The position numbers were made by a program, and so were the translations under genes. From positions 1 to 6,639 of the forward strand of contig JBAWVI010000052.1 of the NCBI GenBank assembly GCA_037147375.1: 6,639 bases of DNA. Direction: 5' to 3'. A model generated the notes under the pieces. The model saw only the letters and a list, made by a program, of their open reading frames with translations, had not been told where the DNA came from and ran no database searches. This document shows, one piece after another, positions 1 to 5,529 of the stretch (position 1 is the first letter of the stretch; the number at the start of each line of letters is the position of its first letter). Source of the DNA: an archaeon. GTDB lineage: Archaea; Iainarchaeota; Iainarchaeia; Iainarchaeales; CSSED10-239.

Positions 1-976
1 CAGAATCTCAGCTATGGGAGTTGCTGGTGCAGAATTAGTTGCTATTAACACAGATAGACAACACTTAGGAATAATTTCAGATGATATTACAAAATTATTA
101 ATTGGAAAATCAGTTACAAACGGTTTAGGTGCAGGAGCTTATCCAGAAATCGGAGCTAAGGCTGCTGAAGTTTCTAAAGGTGCACTTGAAGAAATACTTG
201 ATGGTGTTGATATGTTATTCATCACAACTGGTATGGGTGGAGGAACAGGAACAGGAGCATCTCCAGTAGTTGCTCAAATAGCTAAGTCACAAGGAGCAAT
301 CGTTGTTGCTATCGTAACATATCCATTCGCACTTGAAAGAGCAAGACTTGTTAAAGCTGAAGAAGGAATTATGTTATTAAAAGATGTTTGTGATACAGTA
401 ATTATAATTGATAACAATAGATTAGTTGAATTAGTTCCAAACTTACCAATGCAAGATGCATTCAAAGTTGCTGATGAAGTAATTGCAAGAACAGTAAGAG
501 GAATTACAGAAACAATTACACAACCTTCATTAATCAACTTAGATTACGCAGATATTAGAACAGTAATGGGCGGAAAAGGATTATCAGTTATTGCTGTTGG
601 AGAATCACAGTCAGTTAATAAGGTTGAAGAAGTTGTTGAAGACACATTAAAGAACGCACTTCTTGATGTTGATATAACAGGAGCTTCAGGATGTTTATTA
701 CACATTACAGGCGGAACTGAGTTAACACTTGGGGAAGCAAACGCTGTTGGTGAAATGTTAACAGATGAAATAGATCCAAACGCAGCTGTTATCTGGGGTG
801 CTAGAATAGATCCTACTTTCGAAAACAAGATTGAAGTAATTGCAATCTTTACAGGAGTAAAGTCACCATTCATTAAAGGAAGTAGAATGTTTACTGGAAA
901 AAACGCTCCACAAATGTCATCAAAGGGCGGAAGCAGAAGATCATTCGATAATGATTTCGGTTTAGATGAGATCTAA
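1..976 (+). CDS. ftsZ: Cell division GTPase FtsZ (archaeal FtsZ1-like), 5'-truncated by the window edge
   Basis: The frame is open from nt 2 (R-I-S-A before the listed Met), and the N-terminal GxGGGG nucleotide-binding loop is absent, so the gene starts left of the window. It has the tubulin/FtsZ signature [13 protein letters not shown]. Other family blocks are [16 protein letters not shown], the archaeal-type blocks FKVADEV and [13 protein letters not shown], and [21 protein letters not shown] followed by [12 protein letters not shown]. The gene ends in a Gly/Ser/Lys-rich linker and the tail [10 protein letters not shown] (944-973). TAA stop at 974-976. Confidence 0.97.
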   Translation, partial: RISAMGVAGAELVAINTDRQHLGIISDDITKLLIGKSVTNGLGAGAYPEIGAKAAEVSKGALEEILDGVDMLFITTGMGGGTGTGASPVVAQIAKSQGAIVVAIVTYPFALERARLVKAEEGIMLLKDVCDTVIIIDNNRLVELVPNLPMQDAFKVADEVIARTVRGITETITQPSLINLDYADIRTVMGGKGLSVIAVGESQSVNKVEEVVEDTLKNALLDVDITGASGCLLHITGGTELTLGEANAVGEMLTDEIDPNAAVIWGARIDPTFENKIEVIAIFTGVKSPFIKGSRMFTGKNAPQMSSKGGSRRSFDNDFGLDEI

Positions 977-995
977 GTCAATTTAATAAAACAAG

Positions 996-1050
996 ACACA
1001 GCTATTTAGCTGTGTTATTTTCTTTCTTTTTCTTTTTTGCCTTTTTTAAA
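996..1050 (+). terminator. Hairpin plus long T/C-rich tract downstream of ftsZ (intrinsic-type / archaeal oligo-T termination signal)
   Basis: Perfect inverted repeat ACACAGCT-ATTT-AGCTGTGT at 996-1015 (8-bp stem, 9 bp if the A:T closing pair is counted). It starts 20 nt after the stop. It is followed immediately by TATTTTCTTTCTTTTTCTTTTTTGCCTTTTTT, which contains several T5-T6 runs. Confidence 0.55.
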
Positions 1051-1137
1051 TCTTTTTATAAATATTTTGATTTACATTATCTTGTATAAGAGAAACCTAT
1101 TTTCTAATAATTAATAAAAATAAAAAAGAGATTAAAT

Positions 1138-1749
1138 ATGCTTGCAGATTATGTTGTTCTTGATGTTGAAACAACTGGACTTTCTAAACATTTCTGTAAG
1201 ATAACTGAAATCGCAGCTTTAAGAGTAAGAAATAACAAAGTTGTTGATAAATTCCAATCTCTTGTTAATCCTGAGTGCCCTATTCCTGAGTTTATTACTC
1301 ATCTTACAGGAATAGATAATGAACTTGTAAAATATGAAAGACCAATTAAAGAAGTCCTTCCAGGGTTTATTGATTTTCTTGGAGAAGACATAATGGTTGG
1401 ACATAATGTTGGATTTGATTATGGGTTTATTAATCATAATTCTGAAAAGCATTTAGAAAAAACTCTTCTAAATAGTCGTTTGTGTACAATTAAATTATCA
1501 AGAAGATTACTTCCTGATCTTGCATCAAGAAAATTAAGATCTTTATGTGATTATTTTGAAGTAACTAATGAGAAAGAGCACAGAGCAATGGGAGATTGTG
1601 TTGCAACAAACAAGATATTTGCAAAGATGAATGGAATTCTTCATAATAATGGAATAATAGAAAGAGAAGATATTTTAAAATTTCAAAAATCTAAAATTCC
1701 AAGAATTGATTATTTTCAAGCACCTAGTTCAAGCTCTTGTACTCAATAA
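1138..1749 (+). CDS. DEDDh-family 3'-5' exonuclease (DNA polymerase III epsilon / DnaQ-like, stand-alone 203 aa)
   Basis: All three Exo motifs are present in the correct order: ExoI VVLDVETTGL (D9, E11), ExoII GHNVGFDYGFI, and ExoIII HRAMGDCVAT (H-x4-D, the DEDDh subtype). A purine-rich AAAGAGAT lies 6-13 nt before the ATG. Confidence 0.9.
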   Translation: MLADYVVLDVETTGLSKHFCKITEIAALRVRNNKVVDKFQSLVNPECPIPEFITHLTGIDNELVKYERPIKEVLPGFIDFLGEDIMVGHNVGFDYGFINHNSEKHLEKTLLNSRLCTIKLSRRLLPDLASRKLRSLCDYFEVTNEKEHRAMGDCVATNKIFAKMNGILHNNGIIEREDILKFQKSKIPRIDYFQAPSSSSCTQ

Positions 1750-1751
1750 AT

Positions 1752-2174
1752 TCAATCAAATCTAATTAAACCACTATTTACATATTTCTTAAATTGTTCA
1801 ACAAAGTTTCTTGTTGTATCTAGTAATGGAAGAGCAAGTGCATCATCAATTTCAAACCATCCATATTCAAGAACTTCATGATTTGGTTTAATTTCTGTAG
1901 AAACAGCTTTTGCAAAGAAATCAATAAAATGAATGGTTGTTGTTTCATCTTTGAAATCCTTGCTTGGAGGTTTAACCTTTTCTCCAACTTTTTTAATATG
2001 TGTTATTTCAATTCCTAGTTCTTCTTTGATTTCACGCACCAGTGCTTGTTCTTCAGTTTCTTGATCTTCAATCTTTCCACCAGGAACAATATACCCTTTC
2101 CATTTTGGAGATGTCATTAGAAAAATTTTCCCTTCGAAGTTGTATATTACAGCACCAACACAATGTTTAATCAT
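1752..2174 (-). CDS. NUDIX hydrolase
   Basis: Exact match to the Nudix box GX5EX7REUXEEXGU: G-KIEDQ-E-TEEQALV-RE-I-K-EE-L-G-I, encoded at 2010-2078. The ORF track starts at a TTG (2186). I prefer the in-frame ATG at 2172-2174 (MIKHCVGAV...), which is preceded by GAAGGGA. The stop is at 1752-1754. Confidence 0.92.
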   Translation of the reverse strand: MIKHCVGAVIYNFEGKIFLMTSPKWKGYIVPGGKIEDQETEEQALVREIKEELGIEITHIKKVGEKVKPPSKDFKDETTTIHFIDFFAKAVSTEIKPNHEVLEYGWFEIDDALALPLLDTTRNFVEQFKKYVNSGLIRFD

Positions 2175-2190
2175 ATTTCCCTTCAATTAT

Positions 2191-2373
2191 TTATTTTTCA
2201 AGTGGAGTAAATATCCAAAATAAAAGATATGCTAAAATTCCTATTCCTCCAACAAAACAAAGTATAAACCAAATTATTCTAACAAGAACTGGATCAATAT
2301 CAAAATATTTTGCAAATCCAGAACATACTCCACCAAGAATATGTTCTCTTGATCTCTTTAATCTTTTAACCAT
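2191..2373 (-). CDS. PspC-domain small membrane protein (60 aa)
   Basis: The N-terminal amphipathic part matches the PspC-domain pattern: L.RS....I.GGVC.GFAKYFDIDP.LVRIIW. One hydrophobic helix follows (FILCFVGGIGILAYLLFWIF). GAGG lies 10-13 nt (its 3' G 9 nt) upstream of the ATG, inside the 21-nt spacer 2374-2394. Confidence 0.85.
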   Translation of the reverse strand: MVKRLKRSREHILGGVCSGFAKYFDIDPVLVRIIWFILCFVGGIGILAYLLFWIFTPLEK

Positions 2374-2394
2374 ATTTAATTTCCTCTTTAATTA

Positions 2395-3153
2395 TTATTC
2401 TTTAATATAATTAAATTTATTATCTAGTTTATATCCATGCATTGGAGTGAAATAAATTTCAAACCCAATTTCAGGAAGTATTCTATACATATCTATGCTT
2501 GTTTTTATTCCATGTCCCATTTTTTTATTTGCTACTTTATCAATATATTGAACAATTGGATTCCAATTAAGTACACTTCTTGATTTACTATTTGGTTTTT
2601 CAAAACTAATTGATTTCATTACATTTTTCAGTTTTTCTTTATTTATTTTAAGAACAGTGTATCCACAATCTTTTCCATGTTCATCAACTACACCAATAAT
2701 ATCATAACTATGTTTAGTTTTTTTATAATGTCCTATTGTTTCAACAATATCAAGATGACTTGGAAGAGCAGTTAATACTTCTTTTCCAATTCCAAGTTTA
2801 TTTTCTTCAATTACATGTGTGTGTAATAAACTTGCTCTTGAGATAATTTCTTTTGCAACATCTTTAGGATAATGCTCAGAAAAAGTATGATATATAAATT
2901 CAATTCTTTTATGTGAGAAGTTAACATGCGTTTTTTCTCTACCAAAAGATATATCTCTTATTCCTTGTCCAGGAAAACTATATAATCCTACTTCTTTTTC
3001 TCCAAGCTTACTTACGTTTTTTAAATATAAAGAATATTTATTTTTACCAATAGTTGGATGCTTGAATATTTTTGGTTCTGCAATCTTAGTTTTAAAAGGT
3101 CTTTTAATTGGAGCCATATATCTATCTATACATAAATTAAGTTTAAAAAGCAT
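2395..3153 (-). CDS. Hypothetical protein, 252 aa, His-rich, no family recognised
   Basis: Long uninterrupted ORF with the same codon style as its neighbours. It is the first gene of the tightly spaced minus-strand block, with 21-nt and 16-nt gaps to PspC and NUDIX. An alternative start is the ATG at 3115-3117 (MAPIKRP...). No catalytic motif that I can name. Confidence 0.7.
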   Translation of the reverse strand: MLFKLNLCIDRYMAPIKRPFKTKIAEPKIFKHPTIGKNKYSLYLKNVSKLGEKEVGLYSFPGQGIRDISFGREKTHVNFSHKRIEFIYHTFSEHYPKDVAKEIISRASLLHTHVIEENKLGIGKEVLTALPSHLDIVETIGHYKKTKHSYDIIGVVDEHGKDCGYTVLKINKEKLKNVMKSISFEKPNSKSRSVLNWNPIVQYIDKVANKKMGHGIKTSIDMYRILPEIGFEIYFTPMHGYKLDNKFNYIKE

Positions 3154-3229
3154 GCTTTTTCTTAATAAATATATTTATATTAGGTTTTTCTTATGAAATA
3201 TATATAATATAGTAATTATGTGATTAATT
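3154..3229. promoter_or_regulatory. Divergent promoter region between the minus-strand block and the DHS cluster
   Basis: This is the only non-coding DNA between two divergently oriented first genes, so it must carry both promoters. It contains a 14-bp perfect palindrome, ATAAATATATTTAT (3165-3178), that resembles a symmetric TATA element. A second TATA-like run, AAATATATATAATA (3196-3209), is centred about 27 nt before the DHS ATG. GTGAT (3220-3224) lies 5 nt before that ATG. Confidence 0.5.
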
Positions 3230-4168
3230 ATGCAATATACTAAAGATATTTTATGGAAGAAAGGACTTACTGTTTCAGAGCTTGTTAATGCTTATTCTGG
3301 AGTTGGATTTCAATCTTATGAGCTTTATAGAGCTAGTGAGTTAATTAAAAAAATGAAAAAAGATGGAGCTAAAATCTTTCTTTCATTTACATCAAATATG
3401 GTAACCTCTGGGCTTCGTGGATTCTTTGCTCAATTGGTTTCACTTAAAATGTGTAACGTAATTGTTACAACTGTAGGTTCAATTGAAGAAGATATTATGA
3501 AAGCTGATGGAGAAAAGTTTATTTTAGGAACATTTTCAGCTAATGATGAAGAATTGTATGAGAAAGGACATAACAGAGTTGGAAATATATTTATTACAAA
3601 TGAAAGTTATTCTAATTTTGAAGGTAAGATGCAAGCACTTCTTGGATCTTTATATCAAGTTAAAAAAACTTGGCAGATTTCTGAAATGTTAAGAGAGATT
3701 GGACTTAAATTAAATGATCCAAATTCAATTCTTTTTCAAGCAGCAAAGAATAATGTTCCAATCTTCTGTCCAGCAATAACTGATGGTTCACTAGGATTCC
3801 ATCTTTATATGTTTAAGCAAGATCATCCTGATTTTAATGTAGATATTATTAGTGATTTTAAAGATATTATATTTTCTACAAGTCATGATGAGAAGAAAGG
3901 AATAATTGCTCTTGGTGGTGGACTTTCAAAGCATCATGTTATCTTAACAACTTTAATTAATGGAGGAGCAGATTATGCTCTTTACATGACAACAGCATCT
4001 CCTAAGTCTGGTTCTCTTTCAGGAGCAACAACAGATGAAGCAAAGTCTTGGGGTAAGATTAAAGATGATGCAGATGCAGTAACTGTTGTTGGAGACGTAA
4101 CAATAACCTTTCCAATAGCAATTACAAAAGCACTAGATGATTTAGTAAATGAAGGAATAATTAAATAA
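3230..4168 (+). CDS. dys: Deoxyhypusine synthase (or DHS-like homospermidine synthase), 312 aa
   Basis: DHS family blocks are present in order: FLSFTSNMVTSGLRG, IVTTVGSIEEDIMK, CPAITDGSLG, LGGGLSKHH, SGSLSGA and DEAKSWGKI. The Lys of SWGK (codon 4055-4057, K276) is at the position of the catalytic enzyme-imine lysine. Confidence 0.94.
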   Translation: MQYTKDILWKKGLTVSELVNAYSGVGFQSYELYRASELIKKMKKDGAKIFLSFTSNMVTSGLRGFFAQLVSLKMCNVIVTTVGSIEEDIMKADGEKFILGTFSANDEELYEKGHNRVGNIFITNESYSNFEGKMQALLGSLYQVKKTWQISEMLREIGLKLNDPNSILFQAAKNNVPIFCPAITDGSLGFHLYMFKQDHPDFNVDIISDFKDIIFSTSHDEKKGIIALGGGLSKHHVILTTLINGGADYALYMTTASPKSGSLSGATTDEAKSWGKIKDDADAVTVVGDVTITFPIAITKALDDLVNEGIIK

Positions 4169-4183
4169 TTTATTTGATTTTAT

Positions 4184-4837
4184 ATGAAACTTAAACCAAT
4201 AAATAAACTAAATAAACAGAAAAAAAGAATTAATGAAGTATTTGATTATCTTGACAAGCAATATAAAGAAAAAGAGGTAATTAAAAAAAAAGTACTACCT
4301 TCATTTATTGAGCACTCAAATAGATTAAAAATAATTAATAAATTAAAAGATAATCAATATGTTTTTGCAAGAAATAAAAAGAAAATAGAAATGTATTCAA
4401 ATAATTTTGTTTTTTCTGGAGAAATATATGAATTTAAAAATAATAATCCATATCTTCAGATTCTTGAAATTAAAAGATTACAAGGTAAGAAACTAACTGA
4501 TATTTTACAAATTAAAAATATGATTGAATATTTAAAAAAATATTGTAAAGAAAAAAGTATACCAGAAATACAAATGGGAACTTGGATGTTTGAATCACAT
4601 CCTGGATTTGCAGAACATCTTGGATTTGTCTCATCAAATCCACAAAAATTAAATGAATATAGAAAATATTTATTGGATAATGGAATAACTAAGATTACAT
4701 ATTTAGATAATAATGTAGTTCCAAGCACTATTCATTATCTTAAGAAAGATGCGAGTACAAATAAGCTAACTGAACAAAAAATTCCTTTTATTAAATTTGA
4801 AGTTGGATTTCCTCCATATGTTTGTAAAATAAAGTGA
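4184..4837 (+). CDS. Uncharacterised protein, paralogue A (217 aa); basic N-terminus, possible divergent GNAT-like fold
   Basis: Clear paralogue of the next ORF. Shared blocks are (Y/F)CKEK..PEI...TWMF...PGF.E.LGF...NP, KIT..D.N.VP..IHY.K, IKF, and the C-terminal P.YVCK.K. The order of motifs (R-x-x-G-x-K, helix, strand, then ..LGF) resembles GNAT motifs A and B, but this is by eye only. The start is 15 nt after the DHS stop. Confidence 0.8.
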   Translation: MKLKPINKLNKQKKRINEVFDYLDKQYKEKEVIKKKVLPSFIEHSNRLKIINKLKDNQYVFARNKKKIEMYSNNFVFSGEIYEFKNNNPYLQILEIKRLQGKKLTDILQIKNMIEYLKKYCKEKSIPEIQMGTWMFESHPGFAEHLGFVSSNPQKLNEYRKYLLDNGITKITYLDNNVVPSTIHYLKKDASTNKLTEQKIPFIKFEVGFPPYVCKIK

Positions 4838-4845
4838 TAACTATT

Positions 4846-5517
4846 ATGTTAAAATTACCTTTGAAATTAAGAAAATCAGTACCAACTGAAAGAAGATTAA
4901 AAGAAAAGTCTAAAAAACATAATCAAGTAACTGAAGTAATGGAGCATCTAACTAAAACTCATATTGGTAAAGAAAAGGTTAAGCATGTTACAATCCACGA
5001 GTTTGATGCATATTTTAATAAAGTTCCAAATTTAAAGGAACATGAGTACGTAGTTCAAAAAGGATATGATTCTACAATTAATGTATTTTCTAAAAATTAT
5101 GAAATTTATGGAAGTTATAAATCAAAGTATGCAACTATTGATTCAATTATAAGAAGAGGATCAAAAACAATTACTGATTTACATCAAATAAAAACAAATC
5201 TTGATTTACTTAAAACCTTTTGCAAAGAAAAACGTATGCCAGAAATTAGAATAAGCACTTGGATGTTTGATGCATTTCCAGGATTTGGAGAATATCTTGG
5301 ATTTAATCCAGTAAATCCTAGACTGGTTGAAATTTATAAAACTAGACTTAAAGAAAATAATATTCAAAAAATTACACATGTTGATTTAAATATAGTTCCT
5401 GCTGTCATTCATTATATAAAAATAAATAAAAATGGTAAAAAATCAGAAGCGGAAATGAGTCATATTAAATTTAAATTAATTACAGATTTGCCAGATTATG
5501 TTTGTAAAGTAAAATAA
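4846..5517 (+). CDS. Uncharacterised protein, paralogue B (223 aa from ATG 4846; 227 aa if GTG 4834 is used)
   Basis: By my by-eye count it is roughly 40% identical to paralogue A over the C-terminal ~115 residues. GTGAT (4834-4838) lies 7 nt upstream of the ATG at 4846. The GTG start in the ORF track would overlap the upstream stop as GTGA. Confidence 0.8.
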   Translation: MLKLPLKLRKSVPTERRLKEKSKKHNQVTEVMEHLTKTHIGKEKVKHVTIHEFDAYFNKVPNLKEHEYVVQKGYDSTINVFSKNYEIYGSYKSKYATIDSIIRRGSKTITDLHQIKTNLDLLKTFCKEKRMPEIRISTWMFDAFPGFGEYLGFNPVNPRLVEIYKTRLKENNIQKITHVDLNIVPAVIHYIKINKNGKKSEAEMSHIKFKLITDLPDYVCKVK

Positions 5518-5529
5518 AGTGATTAAACT

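Larger units (their letters stand above)
4184..5529 (+). repeat. Tandem gene duplication unit (paralogues A and B, including their 3' junctions)
   Basis: Protein-level paralogy runs through both ORFs. In addition, an exact 15-nt repeat, GTAAAATAAAGTGAT, occurs at 4824-4838 and 5509-5523. It spans each gene's last codons, stop codon and the SD-like GTGAT of the next gene. Confidence 0.85.

Noticed and set aside
274-873. Two minus-strand ORFs (274-537, 544-873) inside ftsZ
   Set aside because: They lie wholly antisense to a very confidently identified gene. Their low-complexity Ser/Thr/Ile-rich translations are typical of shadow frames, and they have no start context.
1-976. Visibly higher G+C and different codon choice in ftsZ versus the rest of the window, as a sign of horizontal transfer
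   Set aside because: The more economical explanation is amino-acid composition (a Gly/Ala/Val-rich GTPase) and codon bias of a highly expressed core gene. No mobile-element or boundary signatures are present.
1055-1064. TTTATAAATA as the TATA box of the exonuclease gene
   Set aside because: The 977-1137 spacer surely holds a promoter. However, several equally good TATA-like strings occur in this nearly pure-AT stretch (for example around 1105-1125), so no single site can be supported from sequence alone.
1219-1452. Minus-strand 77-aa ORF inside the exonuclease gene
   Set aside because: It is an antisense shadow ORF in AT-rich DNA. Its Ile/Asn/Lys/Phe-rich translation shows no motif, and the sense strand carries clear DEDDh motifs.
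2175-2186. TTG start for the NUDIX ORF at 2186
   Set aside because: The in-frame ATG at 2174 has a purine-rich GAAGGGA just upstream and gives a normal NUDIX N-terminus. The TTG extension adds only four residues and would leave 4 nt to the PspC stop. Not decisive either way.
2800-2830. LLHTHV in the 252-aa protein as a PHP or amidohydrolase HxH metal motif
   Set aside because: It is a single short motif at the wrong relative position (mid-protein rather than N-terminal). The accompanying downstream motifs of those families are absent, so there is not enough to assign a family.
4283-4291. A9 homopolymer inside paralogue A (codons KKK) as a possible slippage or phase-variation site
   Set aside because: Lys-rich proteins in AT-rich genomes generate poly-A runs routinely. 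There are several shorter runs nearby, and no alternative frame of any length opens after a +1 or -1 shift that I could see.
4456-4728. Minus-strand 90-aa ORF inside paralogue A
   Set aside because: It is an antisense shadow. The sense frame is supported by paralogy with the next gene.
4834-4845. GTG start at 4834 giving a 4-nt GTGA overlap with paralogue A
   Set aside because: It remains possible. However, the same GTGAT pentamer recurs 5-7 nt upstream of the ATGs at 3230 and 5530, where it looks like a Shine-Dalgarno. I therefore read it as the SD for the ATG at 4846 rather than as a start codon.
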